64,000 nt of DNA, taken from the NCBI GenBank assembly GCA_043821645.1, contig JBDRCO010000052.1, forward strand, positions 32,001 through 96,000, given 5' to 3'. Shown one piece after another: positions 1 to 10,464 of the stretch (positions are counted from its first letter, which is position 1; the number at the start of each line of letters is the position of its first letter). The DNA is from Pseudomonadota bacterium. Lineage in GTDB: Bacteria; Myxococcota; JACRCW01; JAFGSX01. A program made the translations under genes and the position numbers. Under the pieces are notes generated by a model. The model saw only the letters and a program-made list of their open reading frames with translations, searched no databases and was not told where the DNA came from.

Positions 1-1147
1 GCTCGCCGAGACGCAGTCGCACCACCCCCTGTGGGTGAAAGGTTCGAACCACCTCGGCCCAGGCGGCCTTCCACACCACAACGATGCGCGAGACCTTGAT
101 GCCTCCAGCGGTGCTGCCCGCGGATGCTCCGACGAACATCAGCGCCACCAGGATGATCTTGCTCATGGCCGGATAGGTGTCGAAGTTGTCGGTGCCGAAG
201 CCGGTGGTGGTCACGATGGACACCGTCTGAAAGACCGCGGCGCGAATGGTGTCGTGCCAGGAGGCATGGCGCCCCCAGATGTCGACGGTGATGAGCACAC
301 TGGCCACGGCTGTCAGGGCCAGGTAGGTGCGCAGCTCGACGTCGCGCCGGGCCGGGATCCACCTGCCCCGCAGCACGGCGAAGTAGAGCGAGAAGTTCAC
401 GCCGGCGGCCAGCATGAAGACCACGATGACCCACTCGGCAGCGGGATTCTGAAAGGCGGCCACGCTGGCATTGCGCGTCGAGAAGCCGCCGGTGGCCATG
501 GTGGCGAAAGCGTGGTTGACCGCCTCGAAGAGATCCAGTCCACAGGCCCACAGCGCGAGGGTCTCGATGACCGTGAGGCCCAGGTAGATACGCCACAGCA
601 CGCTGGAGGTCTCGCGGATCTTGGGTCGTAGCCCCTCGGTGATGGGTCCAGGAACCTCGGCGCCGAACAGCCGTCGCGCGCCGACCCCGAGCTGCGGAAA
701 GATCGCCACGAACAGCACGATGATGCCCATGCCGCCCAGCCAGTGGGTCATCGAGCGCCACAACAGCAGGGCGTGGCTGAGCTTCTCGATGTCGACCAGG
801 ATGGTGGCGCCCGTCGTGGTGAAGCCCGAAGCCGCTTCGAAGGTCGAATCCACCAGGCTGTCGACGGATCCATCCAGCAAGAAGGGCAAACCACCCAGGA
901 CCGCGATGGCGATCCAGCTCAGTCCGACCACTGCGACAGCCTCGCGCCTGTAGACCGTGGGCGGCCTGCCCCGCGCCCACCAGCGCAGACCACCGGCGAT
1001 GCCCCCGGTGAGGGCCACGCTGCCCAGGAGTGCCCACAGGCTGTGATGTTCGCCGTACGCTGCCGCCACGGCGGCGGGCACCCCCATGGCCGCCGCGGTG
1101 ATCGCCAGGAGCAAACTCATCAGGTAGGCGACAGTTTTCAGGTGCAC
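1..1147 (-). CDS. trkH: TrkH-family potassium uptake membrane subunit (3' end runs off the window)
   Basis: Not in the ORF track. Read manually from GTG at 1147: MHLKTVAYLMSLLLAITAAAMG..., with FEAASGFTTTGAT, WLGGMGIIVLFVAIFP, FATMATGGFST and VVTTTGFGT pore motifs. Lies directly downstream of trkA. Confidence 0.95.
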   Translation of the reverse strand, partial: MHLKTVAYLMSLLLAITAAAMGVPAAVAAAYGEHHSLWALLGSVALTGGIAGGLRWWARGRPPTVYRREAVAVVGLSWIAIAVLGGLPFLLDGSVDSLVDSTFEAASGFTTTGATILVDIEKLSHALLLWRSMTHWLGGMGIIVLFVAIFPQLGVGARRLFGAEVPGPITEGLRPKIRETSSVLWRIYLGLTVIETLALWACGLDLFEAVNHAFATMATGGFSTRNASVAAFQNPAAEWVIVVFMLAAGVNFSLYFAVLRGRWIPARRDVELRTYLALTAVASVLITVDIWGRHASWHDTIRAAVFQTVSIVTTTGFGTDNFDTYPAMSKIILVALMFVGASAGSTAGGIKVSRIVVVWKAAWAEVVRTFHPQGVVRLRLGE

Positions 1148-1156
1148 GCTGCGACC

Positions 1157-2512
1157 TCAGCCTATGAACCAGTGACGCTCACCGAATAGACGGGTCACTT
1201 CGTCACGCACCTTTGGGAGTGCGAATACCACCACCAGATCGTCTGGCTGGATGGCGTCGTCGCCGGAGGGAACGAAGGCGTCGTCGTTGCGGGCCACGGC
1301 GCCGATGATGGCGCCGCGCGGGAAGTCGAGTTTTTTAAGTGGCGTCCCGATGATGCGGCTACGTCCCTGCGCGCGGAATTCCAGCACCTCGCCCTTGCCA
1401 CCTTCGAGCAGAGAGATGCTGACCAGCTCGCTGGGGCGGACATAGCGCAGGATCTGGTTGGCGACGAGGAGCCAGGGGCAGATGGTGGCGTCGATGCCCA
1501 GGCGCCTGTAGATGGCCGTGTACTCGGTCTTTTGCACCAGGGCCACAGTGCGGCGCGCCTTGAGTTGCCGGGCCAGCAGCGTCGATAGCAGGTTCAGGTC
1601 GTCCTCCCGGGTCAGCGCCGCGAACAGGTCGGCGTTCTCGATGCCCTCCTCCTTGAGGAGATCGCCGTCGGTGGCGTCGCCCTGCACCACATTGACCGCG
1701 ACGTCCTCGGCCAGCTGGCTGCACGCCTCCGGGTCCTTGTCGATGACCGTGACCCTGGCCTTTTCACCGCGAAGGCCGCGGATCACGCTGCGCGCCAGCA
1801 TGCCTGCGCCGACCAGGATGATGTGGCGGTTGTCGGCCAGGCGCTTTTTACCAAAAATGGATTCGATCTTCTTGATGACGTCGGTCCGGCCGATGATGAA
1901 GGCCTCGTCGCCCTCGTGGAGCATGTCGTTGCCGGTGGGGATGAGCAGCTCGTCATCTCGCAGCAGGGCTGCGATGAGCGCGCCTCGCGGCAGGCGCAGG
2001 TCCTTGAGTGGTCGCTTGGTCGGCGTCGTGCCCTCCTGGACCGCAAGCTGGATCATCTCGACGCGGTTCTGGGCAAAACGCTCGATGGCCACGGCGCCTC
2101 GCGAGCGCACGACCTGGGTCAGCTCCGCGGCGGTCAGGATCTCGGGGCACACCACCAGATCCACGCCCAGTACGTCGGTCGAGAAGCCAACTGCGAGGTC
2201 CACGTGATCCGGATCGCTGGTGCGCGCCACCGCCGTGCGCACCCCCAGCTGCTTGGCCATGATGGCGCAAAGCAGGTTCACCTCATCATTGTTGCTGACC
2301 GCGATCACTAGGTCGGCGTTCGCCACCCCGACCTCGCGCAGGACCCGGGTCGAGGCCCCGCTTCCAGTGTAGGTCATCACGTCAATGGACTCGGAGATCT
2401 TGGCGATGCGCTCGGCGTCACGATCGATCACAGTGACATCATGGCTCTCGCGCACGAGGTGGCGCGCCACGCTGGTCCCGACCTCCCCGGCGCCGACGAT
2501 GATGATGTTCAT
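1157..2512 (-). CDS. trkA: Trk system potassium uptake regulatory subunit TrkA
   Basis: 451 aa with two RCK_N/RCK_C pairs (IIIVGAGEVG and IILVGAGMLA); adjacent to trkH. Confidence 0.96.
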   Translation of the reverse strand: MNIIIVGAGEVGTSVARHLVRESHDVTVIDRDAERIAKISESIDVMTYTGSGASTRVLREVGVANADLVIAVSNNDEVNLLCAIMAKQLGVRTAVARTSDPDHVDLAVGFSTDVLGVDLVVCPEILTAAELTQVVRSRGAVAIERFAQNRVEMIQLAVQEGTTPTKRPLKDLRLPRGALIAALLRDDELLIPTGNDMLHEGDEAFIIGRTDVIKKIESIFGKKRLADNRHIILVGAGMLARSVIRGLRGEKARVTVIDKDPEACSQLAEDVAVNVVQGDATDGDLLKEEGIENADLFAALTREDDLNLLSTLLARQLKARRTVALVQKTEYTAIYRRLGIDATICPWLLVANQILRYVRPSELVSISLLEGGKGEVLEFRAQGRSRIIGTPLKKLDFPRGAIIGAVARNDDAFVPSGDDAIQPDDLVVVFALPKVRDEVTRLFGERHWFIG

Positions 2513-2630
2513 GGGCGCGCTTTATAGCCCGGGTCGGTGGACCCGTCGAGCCGCGTGGTGGCGCCCATCGCTCGCGTTGTCAAGCGCCAGGGCCTCTGCT
2601 AGGGAACAGGTTCCTTTCGCCGAGGTCCAC

Positions 2631-3275
2631 ATGGGTCAGCTCATCGATCGCGAGAACTTCGAACGCGGCATTCGTCGCAGCCAGTTCCTGGTCAAGACAG
2701 GGCAGGTGCTCAGCCCGGCAGCACTGGAGCTCGCGCGAGAACGTGGCATCGAGATCGTGCGCGAGGGCACCGGACGGCAATTGATGCCGAGGCAGGCCCA
2801 GGAGATCGAAAGCCTCAGCGAGCGCATCCTCAAGCGTTTCGTCGAAGCCGGCATGACACCGGGACCCGAGCTCATCGACGCCGTCGCTGCCGAGGTGGCA
2901 GCCATCGCCCGGGGAGACAAACCTGCCGAGGTTCCCGGGACGCATCAGGATAGCCAGATGGCCGGCTGCTTGACCTGTGGTGCGCAGCGTGTGGAATCCG
3001 GGCGCGAGCGTGTGGTGGTCACGTCGGCGGGGCGCAACACCTTTGGCATCGTGGCGGGGCTCGCCTCGGCCATCGCCGAAGCTCAGGCTGACATCCTTGA
3101 CCTGTCACAGACCCTGGTCGGCGACTACTTCACGATGATCATCGTCGTCGATATCGCACATGCCAGTCAGCCCTTCGAAGGTTTTCGCGAACGCCTGGCG
3201 GCGGTGGGTGCGCGCCTCGGCGTGCATGTCGCGGTGATGCACGACGAACTGTTGAGGTCCATGCACCGTGTCTGA
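2631..3275 (+). CDS. ACT-domain protein (UPF0237-like) with a ~120 aa N-terminal extension
   Basis: ATG at 2631 after GAGG. C-terminus VVVTSAGRNTFGIVAGLASAIAE...ILDLSQTL...FTMIIVVD...MHRV is typical of UPF0237 ACT proteins. Confidence 0.85.
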   Translation: MGQLIDRENFERGIRRSQFLVKTGQVLSPAALELARERGIEIVREGTGRQLMPRQAQEIESLSERILKRFVEAGMTPGPELIDAVAAEVAAIARGDKPAEVPGTHQDSQMAGCLTCGAQRVESGRERVVVTSAGRNTFGIVAGLASAIAEAQADILDLSQTLVGDYFTMIIVVDIAHASQPFEGFRERLAAVGARLGVHVAVMHDELLRSMHRV

Positions 3276-3690
3276 GCGAGCCGCTCGCCGCATCCGGCCT
3301 GCCCTTCTCGGTGCCGTGCTCCTGGGGTCCAGCCTGACAGCCTGCGACGGTGACACCGTGGCCGAACTACAGGGGCGCTGGGTCGCCGAGCGCGTGCTGT
3401 ACGACGTGGCCGGAGGGGATGCATTCAAGGCTGTCAGCGACCGCCTGGGTGACATCGCCCTGGCCTTCGAGGGAGACCGCGTCGAGCTCTCCTTTCTGGG
3501 CACGCACTCCACGCACGAGTTCTCGGTCGAGAAACGCTGGCGTGGGGATCACGTTCTGCACCTCTACCAGGTGGGGTCGCTCCGCTTCGTCGATCTCAAG
3601 ATCGCGTTAATTAAGGGTGGGCGCCTGCGGGTCGACCTGCCAGGCCCAGAGGGATCCCGGATCACTGGCTTCGTGTACCGCCGACCATGA
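3268..3690 (+). CDS. Hypothetical lipoprotein (small beta-rich, lipocalin-like)
   Basis: Signal peptide with lipobox LTAC followed by LQGRW; overlaps the stop of the upstream gene. Confidence 0.65.
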   Translation: MSERAARRIRPALLGAVLLGSSLTACDGDTVAELQGRWVAERVLYDVAGGDAFKAVSDRLGDIALAFEGDRVELSFLGTHSTHEFSVEKRWRGDHVLHLYQVGSLRFVDLKIALIKGGRLRVDLPGPEGSRITGFVYRRP

Positions 3691-3700
3691 GCAGCTCCCG

Positions 3701-5449
3701 CTAGCTTACACGCTGAACGCTGGCCCGCTCGAAGGTCGCCAGGTCCGCGAACAGGGGCGCAAAGCCACCGCTGTTCGCCTCGGCGAGCGGAAACAGCAGG
3801 CGTGCCCGGGATACGGCCTGGAGTTCCTCGACAAGAGCGCGATGGGCGAGCAGGGCCCCGGTCCCTGGCGCGAAGAGTGCCCGCAGCCCCATGACATGAC
3901 TGTGGAAGCGCAGGATGCCCAGTTCTCCGGTGGTCCGGCGCACGTAGATGTCGGTGATCACCACGTTCTCGCGCTGCTCGTAGCCCAGCGTCAGCTCGGC
4001 CACGATACCCAGGGCAATGGCGACGACGTTCTCCAGGGGCAACACAAAGGCTGCCACGCCCTCGCCAGTACACAGCAGGCCCGCCGGGTCACGTCCGATG
4101 AAGCTGCAGCAGCGCACCTGCGGCAACACATGATCCGGACCCGGGGGGGGCGGCACGATGGCCTTCGAGCCAGGCAAGGGGGACCCGGTGACGACGGGCG
4201 CTGCCTGTAGCGTGCCATAGAGCGAGGCCAGGTGGGGATCTGCCTGGACCAGGGCCGTGGCAATGCGCGGTCGAACCGAGGCCAGATCGAGATGATCGCG
4301 GTACTGGAACAGGTAGTCGCTGACCGCACCCGAGTCGTCCAGTCCAATGCAACGATCGAGCAGCCACTCGAACCAGCGCGTGGCGTCGCTTCGATCGTCC
4401 GCGGCGAGGGCGGTGTCGATGAGACCCAGGGCGGCGGCGACGTTTCGCTGATCGCGATGCAGTGCGTCGTGGAAAGCCAGGCGCGCGGTGCCAAGTTCAC
4501 CATGGGCCAGGGCCTCGCGTCCGCGCACCACCGAGGGATCCTCCGGCGACACCTCGAGGGCGGCGGCGAGCGCGGCGGCGGGTCCCAGGCGCTGCTCCAG
4601 GCCGGTTCGCGCCACCACGATCGCGAACAGCGCCCCGAAGCCAAAGCCACCCACGTGGGCGGCAAATGCCACGTTGCTCTGCTCTCCGCGAAACAGCAGG
4701 TACAGGACGTCCTGGCCAAAGAAGAACACGCCCCAGACCCAGGCCGGCAGGCTGAACGAACCCGCACGGATCAGGATCCAGTAAAAGAACCGGACCCGGC
4801 GCCGCGCGAAGCGAAAGCAGAAAGCACCCACGCAGGCCGAGATGGCTCCCGATGCGCCGATGAGGGGCAGACCCGGCGAGGGCGTCATCGCCGCGTGGAG
4901 TCCGCCCGCCGCCACACCACCGAGGAGGTAGAGCAGAGCGAACAGCAGGATCCCCCACACCTCCTCGAGAAACGGCCCGGCCACGAGGGCAAACAGCACC
5001 ATGTTGCCCACGAGATGCCACACGTCGGCATGCACGAAGAGGTGGCTGACCCAGCCGACCTGCAGCAGACCTTCGGCAGGGATCAGCCCCCAGCGCCGGG
5101 CGTTCTGATCCATCGAACGCCTCAGCACCTGGCATCGCGCGTCGAGGAGCTGTTGCTCGTCGCGTTGCAGCGTTGGTCCCGGAGATTCGGCACGGGCGTG
5201 CAGCGTCTCCACCCGATCGCGCAGGTGCGCGGGCAGCATGGCACTCACGTCGTCGGGGAGATCGAGGTACTGCCGCTGGTCCCAGTAGCCAAGGATCTCC
5301 TCGAGCTGCGAGGAGGCCACCCGGGGGTCCGCATCGCCCTGCCGGAGGGCGCCCCCGACATGCACCAGCACGCTCACCAGCAGCACGATGATGGAGACCA
5401 GAGGTATACGTCGCAGCCACCCGTCGTCGAGGCCGTAGGGGAAGATCAT
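3701..5449 (-). CDS. Rhomboid-family intramembrane serine protease with C-terminal TPR-like extension
   Basis: HLFVHADVWHLVGNM, catalytic GASG and AHVGG motifs. Start MIFPYG at 5449 overlaps the upstream stop (ATGA). Confidence 0.9.
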   Translation of the reverse strand: MIFPYGLDDGWLRRIPLVSIIVLLVSVLVHVGGALRQGDADPRVASSQLEEILGYWDQRQYLDLPDDVSAMLPAHLRDRVETLHARAESPGPTLQRDEQQLLDARCQVLRRSMDQNARRWGLIPAEGLLQVGWVSHLFVHADVWHLVGNMVLFALVAGPFLEEVWGILLFALLYLLGGVAAGGLHAAMTPSPGLPLIGASGAISACVGAFCFRFARRRVRFFYWILIRAGSFSLPAWVWGVFFFGQDVLYLLFRGEQSNVAFAAHVGGFGFGALFAIVVARTGLEQRLGPAAALAAALEVSPEDPSVVRGREALAHGELGTARLAFHDALHRDQRNVAAALGLIDTALAADDRSDATRWFEWLLDRCIGLDDSGAVSDYLFQYRDHLDLASVRPRIATALVQADPHLASLYGTLQAAPVVTGSPLPGSKAIVPPPPGPDHVLPQVRCCSFIGRDPAGLLCTGEGVAAFVLPLENVVAIALGIVAELTLGYEQRENVVITDIYVRRTTGELGILRFHSHVMGLRALFAPGTGALLAHRALVEELQAVSRARLLFPLAEANSGGFAPLFADLATFERASVQRVS

Positions 5450-6762
5450 GGCGCGCTCCCGCGGTTCGTGGGCACCGCGATCCGCGGTCTGACCTCCTCC
5501 ACTTCGACTTGGGCGCGTCCCGCATCGGTCAGGAAAAGCATGCGAATGTTGACCGCCAGGAGAACGACGAGGAGTGCGGTCAGGGCTCGGATATCGACAC
5601 CGAAAGCACGCCCCACCGCCAGCAGAGCGATCACCTGTCCCGCCACTGCACCCATCTTGAGCCAGAAAACCAGACCGGCGCGCGGCCGTGCTGCGACGTC
5701 GGCCGCTCCCCCCGGCTGGAATGCGGTGGCGCAGGAATCGCACCAGGGTCGCAGGTTGATCCGGAAGTGGTGGCAGGCATCGCACAGTGGCCGACCACAG
5801 GACACGCAGCGCTGCCGCGAGTTCAGTTGGTGGTCCGGACAGGGCAAGCCGACGGCGACCGCACTGCGGTCCTCGTGCGCCGCCGGCAGCCCGGACGCCG
5901 TGCCCCGTGTGCCCCCGCCGATCACCAGCAGCGGTCGGCGAGGTGAGGCCAGCTCTGGTGTGTCCGCAGCCGCAGTGGAGGGGAGAGGTGACGCCGTCTC
6001 GGCACTCTGTCCCGGCTGTCGCTCCCCTAGAGAGCCTGGTGCAGGCGCACCCGTCGCGGCATCGGACGCCAGCTGGAGACGGGGGTTGGACGCCAGCTCC
6101 AGCTCGAAATCGCGGTGCCCGCGACCTTCTGTCACCAGCTGTGGCGGCAGTGCCGCGCGTTCCAGGTCGAGTTCAAGGCTCTTCTCGACGCGAACCAGAG
6201 GGTGCTCGCCATCCCCGGAATAATCGAGCCTGCGGAGTTCGCCGCTGACCATGGCCGCAGGAGGCTCCTGTGTGTGCGCGCTGGTCTCGGACTCGACAGG
6301 GCGCTGCGGCCGAAGCGGAACCGGTTGCAGCGCCGGTTCGGTGGCCTGGTATCTCGGATCAGCGGCGGGCAGCGGCGGGGGTGGGATGCGCGTCACGGGT
6401 CGGGCGGCGGACGGTGGTAGCGTGTCTATCCCCGAGATCGGTGCCGGTGTCCGCGGTCGTGTCACCTCCTCGCCAAGGGCCGGCACCTGCGTACGCGTTG
6501 CGCTGAGCACCTCGACCAGTTGATCGGCGCGCGACAGGTCGCCCGCCGTCGGATCGGTGAGATCCACGGTGGTGTCCTCGTCACCGAACACCACTCCCGT
6601 CCTGGGAACGGCAAAGGGATCCCCCGCACCTGGCGGCACAGAGATCGGTGCCGGGCGGATGGTGACGCCGGTGATCTCCACCAGCGGCACACCGCAGGTA
6701 TCGCACACACCGCTCCCTCCAAAGGCGTAGCTCTGCATGCAGCGCGGGCACTGTCGCGGCAC
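5446..6762 (-). CDS. Zinc-ribbon / Pro-rich linker / B-box-type zinc finger membrane protein
   Basis: N-terminal CPRC...CDTC, then [16 protein letters not shown]...CDSC, then two hydrophobic helices. GGAGG precedes the GTG start. Confidence 0.75.
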   Translation of the reverse strand: MPRQCPRCMQSYAFGGSGVCDTCGVPLVEITGVTIRPAPISVPPGAGDPFAVPRTGVVFGDEDTTVDLTDPTAGDLSRADQLVEVLSATRTQVPALGEEVTRPRTPAPISGIDTLPPSAARPVTRIPPPPLPAADPRYQATEPALQPVPLRPQRPVESETSAHTQEPPAAMVSGELRRLDYSGDGEHPLVRVEKSLELDLERAALPPQLVTEGRGHRDFELELASNPRLQLASDAATGAPAPGSLGERQPGQSAETASPLPSTAAADTPELASPRRPLLVIGGGTRGTASGLPAAHEDRSAVAVGLPCPDHQLNSRQRCVSCGRPLCDACHHFRINLRPWCDSCATAFQPGGAADVAARPRAGLVFWLKMGAVAGQVIALLAVGRAFGVDIRALTALLVVLLAVNIRMLFLTDAGRAQVEVEEVRPRIAVPTNRGSAP

Positions 6763-6915
6763 CAGGACCTCCGGGGAACGACGTCCCAGGATAACCCCAC
6801 GCTGACGGGGGCAGCAACGCGACGACCTGGTGATGGAGATTGCCCGGGCACCGATGCACCGTTAGTCTGCGACGCCATCGATTCCCGGGTGACCCCGGAG
6901 AATGAGGGAGCGTGC

Positions 6916-8307
6916 ATGTTCTGGCAACACGGGGAAGTGCTCGAGACCTTGCGGATGATAGAGGTTGAGAGCCTGGACATCCGCACAGTGACCATGGGGA
7001 TCTCGCTGCGCGGTGCCGCCTGTGACGACGCCGGGCGGCTGTGCGACCGCATCTACGACACCGTGGTGCGGCGGGCGTCAAAGCTCAAGGCCACGGTGCA
7101 ACAGGTGCAGGCCGAGCTCGGGGTGCCCATCGTCAACTGCCGTGTGTCGGTCACACCCGTGGCCATCGTCAGCGAGGGGGTCGAGCCCACACCCGACGCT
7201 CTGGTTGCGGTCGCCCGCACCCTGGATCGTGCTGCCCAGGAGGTGGGGGTCGACTACATCGCGGGTTTCACCGCCCTGGTCGAGAAGGGATCCACACCAG
7301 GGGACCGCGCTCTCATCGATGCCATCCCCGAGGCCATTGCCTCGACCCAGCGTGTGTGCGCCTCGGTCAACCTGGCGTCGAGCCAGGCGGGCATCAACAT
7401 GGACGCTGTGCGGCGCATGGGGCAGGTCATCCTGGATCTGGCCAACCGCACCGCGGATCGCGATGGCATCGGCTGCGCCAAGCTCGTGGTTTTCGCCAAC
7501 GCGGTCAGTGACAACCCCTTCATCGCGGGCGCCTTTCACGGCGTGGGCGAGGCCGAGAACGTGATCAACGTCGGCGTGTCGGGTCCCGGCGTGGTGCTCG
7601 CCGCGCTCAAGCGCCTGCGTGCCCAGACCCCGGAGAGCGCCATCGACTTCTCGCTGCTCGCCGAGACCATCAAGCGCATGGCCTTCAAGGTCACCCGCGC
7701 CGGAGAGCTTGTCGGCAGAGAAGTGGTGCGCCGTCTGGGGCCACCCCTGTGCTTCGGTGTGGTCGACCTGTCCCTGGCACCGACGCCGGCTGTGGGCGAC
7801 TCGGTGGCCGAGATCATCGAGTTGCTGGGTCTCGAGTGCATCGGTGCGCCCGGAACCACGGCGGCCCTGGCTCTGCTCACGGACGCCGTCAAGCGCGGCG
7901 GCATGATGGCATCGTCGTCGGTGGGCGGCCTGTCGGGGGCATTCATCCCGCTCAGCGAGGACGCCGCCATGGCGCGCGCAGCCGAAGTCGGGGCATTGAC
8001 CATCGAGAAGCTCGAGGCGATGACGGCCATCTGCTCGGTGGGCCTGGACATGGTCACCATCCCTGGTGACACACCGGCGACCACCATCTCCGGCATCATC
8101 GCCGACGAGTGCGCCATCGGTGTGATGAACCACAAGACCACGGCCTGCCGGTTGATCCCGGTACCCGGAAAGAAAGCGGGCGAGCGCGCGGTCTTTGGAG
8201 GCCTGCTCGGCGAGTCACCGGTGATGCCGGTCAACACGTTCTCATCGGCAGGCTTCGTGCGCATTCCGGGTCGCATTCCGGCACCCCTCCACGCCCTGCG
8301 CAACTGA
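6916..8307 (+). CDS. UPF0210 / DUF711 'PFL family' protein
   Basis: [43 protein letters not shown] and KLEAMT..CSVGLDM motifs. ATG at 6916 after GAGGGAG. Confidence 0.93.
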   Translation: MFWQHGEVLETLRMIEVESLDIRTVTMGISLRGAACDDAGRLCDRIYDTVVRRASKLKATVQQVQAELGVPIVNCRVSVTPVAIVSEGVEPTPDALVAVARTLDRAAQEVGVDYIAGFTALVEKGSTPGDRALIDAIPEAIASTQRVCASVNLASSQAGINMDAVRRMGQVILDLANRTADRDGIGCAKLVVFANAVSDNPFIAGAFHGVGEAENVINVGVSGPGVVLAALKRLRAQTPESAIDFSLLAETIKRMAFKVTRAGELVGREVVRRLGPPLCFGVVDLSLAPTPAVGDSVAEIIELLGLECIGAPGTTAALALLTDAVKRGGMMASSSVGGLSGAFIPLSEDAAMARAAEVGALTIEKLEAMTAICSVGLDMVTIPGDTPATTISGIIADECAIGVMNHKTTACRLIPVPGKKAGERAVFGGLLGESPVMPVNTFSSAGFVRIPGRIPAPLHALRN

Positions 8308-8341
8308 AGGGAGCACAGCTCCCATCGTCGAGGGAGACCTC

Positions 8342-8761
8342 ATGCCTCGCTTCGAGTTGATGTATCGCACCACCACCGGCACCGATCTCCTCGATGTCAC
8401 GGACGACGTGCAAGGTTGCGTGCGCGAGGCTGGCGTCGCCGAGGGTCTGGTTGCGTGTTTTGTACCCGGCTCCACAGCCGCCTTGACCACCATCGAATAC
8501 GAAAGTGGCGCCCTCGAGGACCTGCAGCGCGCCCTCGAACAGCTGGCACCGGTCGATGGCCGATACGCCCACAATGCCCGCTGGCACGACGGCAACGGCT
8601 ACAGTCATCTGCGCGCGGCCCTGCTCGGTCCGTCGCTGAGCGTGCCCGTCGCCGGCGGGCAGCTCGAGCTCGGCACCTGGCAGCAGATCCTGCTGTGCGA
8701 CTTCGACAACAAGCCCAGGCAGCGGCGGCTGGTTGTTCGGGTACTGGGCGATCCGGCCTGA
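8342..8761 (+). CDS. yjbQ: YjbQ/UPF0047 family protein
   Basis: GSTAALTTIEYE, GNGYSHLRAALLGPS and LGTWQQI motifs. Confidence 0.92.
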   Translation: MPRFELMYRTTTGTDLLDVTDDVQGCVREAGVAEGLVACFVPGSTAALTTIEYESGALEDLQRALEQLAPVDGRYAHNARWHDGNGYSHLRAALLGPSLSVPVAGGQLELGTWQQILLCDFDNKPRQRRLVVRVLGDPA

Positions 8762-8772
8762 GGACCCAGGGA

Positions 8773-10464
8773 TCAGGCTCGACGCTGCAAGATGGTTTCA
8801 TGGCGGCGACGCAGGACACCCAGCATCAACAGTCCCAGCACGAGGGTCGCAGGTGTCGTCCGGGTCGCCTGGTGGCACTGGCACCCAGCCTCGGGCACGA
8901 CCTCGAGGACGTCGAGGCTGGTGGTTTGGGCTCCGCATTCCAGGCCCAGGGAAAGATCCCGCGCACCTGGTGTCGCCCCGGCGTCAACGCGGATGGTCGC
9001 CCGCAGCTCGGTGTCCGACAGGCGCTCGACGTCGACGACCCGGGCACCGGTCCCTGACAACGCGAGTACCATCTCCTGGTCAGACCAGAAGCCCTGGCCC
9101 TGGATGGTGAGGGTGGTGTCCTGGCCTGGCGTCAGGGTCGACGGACTGGACGAACTCAGGCTGGGTTCCGCGCAGTTCAGCATGGCGAGGTCCAGGGTGA
9201 ACTCGCCTCCCTGCACCCGGAAGCTCTCTGGGTCGGGCTCCTCGCTCCCCAGGTTGGCGACCGCCACCACCACGCGCTGAAGCAGGTCGACGTCCTCGAT
9301 GAGTACCTGGCCATGTCCCTGGGCATCGACGTCGACAGGCAGGGCCTGGTTGGGGGGATGGCCCAGGGTGAGCAACTGCGGCCGCCACTGCATCTGTGGA
9401 TCACCGTCGAAGCGAACCCGCAACACGTGCTGGGCAGGCGCCCCGGCGAGGTCGAGGCTCAGGAAGCTGGTACCCAGGATCTGCGGGGCCCGGTGCGGCG
9501 CCAGCTTGGACAGGGGCAGCTGGTCCAGCGCGAGGTCGGTGTCGATCGCGACCTCGGCACCTCGCCACTGAGCTGCTCCCCGGATGTGCTTGCCGTCGTC
9601 GTTGCGACCGATGAAGTAGCGGGCCTCGGAGAAGCGCGTAAAGGCGTCCGCGAAGACCACAGCTTCCTCGGCCAGGACCGTGGTCATGGCGTCGATGAGA
9701 TCCGGTTCATTCGGAGCCGTGGTGTAGGGCAGCCCGTCGCGGTCGAACAGAACCTCGCCAGGCTGGGCCGTGGCGTCCCAGATGCGGGCAAGCAGTCGCC
9801 CGTCACCAGCGCCGTAGGTCTGATCCAAGAAGTACGAGAACAGGCTGGCGCCGTAGTGGTAGTAGCTGCCCCAGTCGACATAGAACAGGGGACGCTCGGG
9901 CTCGCGCTGGAAGTCAGCAAAAACAGTGTCGAGGAAGCTGTCCTCTGGATAGAGGGTCGTCGTCACAGCGACCGTGATCTGCTCGAAGGCGAAGTTGCTG
10001 TCGGTGCATTCGACGGCGAACTGGCAAGCATGGTTGAACTCGTGGGCGAGCAGGTTGGGGAGGTACCACGACGGCATGCTATCGCTGACAAGGGTGATGG
10101 CAGCGCAGTCGGTTCGCGGTGTGCCGGGAATGTCGCCCAGAGCCACCACATGGCCCGCGATGTTGGAGTCGCGCACCAGGTAGATGCGCATGCCGGGGAC
10201 AGGCGCGCCCTGGTCGTCAACGGTGACAGGCACTGCGAAGCCCATGCCATCGATCTCGGCGGTCCACGCCGCCTCGGCTGCGTCGAGCATGTGCTGGGCC
10301 AGGGCCGCGTTGTCCTGCGTGTTGTAGTAGACGCGCAGAGGGCGCTGGCTCGACTCCACGAAACCCACGGATTCGGGCACCTGGGCGCGGGCAGGCACAC
10401 TGGATGCGACCAGGGCCATCGTACTCAGGACTGGCAGGATGCTGTTTCGCAGGGCGGCTCGCAT
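8773..10464 (-). CDS. Secreted zincin-type metallopeptidase with Ig/IPT-like domain and MYXO-CTERM-like anchor
   Basis: AAGGAGG RBS, signal peptide, HEFNH zinc motif with a downstream Glu (FEQ). C-terminus GCQC...LVLGLLMLGVLRRR. Confidence 0.8.
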   Translation of the reverse strand: MRAALRNSILPVLSTMALVASSVPARAQVPESVGFVESSQRPLRVYYNTQDNAALAQHMLDAAEAAWTAEIDGMGFAVPVTVDDQGAPVPGMRIYLVRDSNIAGHVVALGDIPGTPRTDCAAITLVSDSMPSWYLPNLLAHEFNHACQFAVECTDSNFAFEQITVAVTTTLYPEDSFLDTVFADFQREPERPLFYVDWGSYYHYGASLFSYFLDQTYGAGDGRLLARIWDATAQPGEVLFDRDGLPYTTAPNEPDLIDAMTTVLAEEAVVFADAFTRFSEARYFIGRNDDGKHIRGAAQWRGAEVAIDTDLALDQLPLSKLAPHRAPQILGTSFLSLDLAGAPAQHVLRVRFDGDPQMQWRPQLLTLGHPPNQALPVDVDAQGHGQVLIEDVDLLQRVVVAVANLGSEEPDPESFRVQGGEFTLDLAMLNCAEPSLSSSSPSTLTPGQDTTLTIQGQGFWSDQEMVLALSGTGARVVDVERLSDTELRATIRVDAGATPGARDLSLGLECGAQTTSLDVLEVVPEAGCQCHQATRTTPATLVLGLLMLGVLRRRHETILQRRA

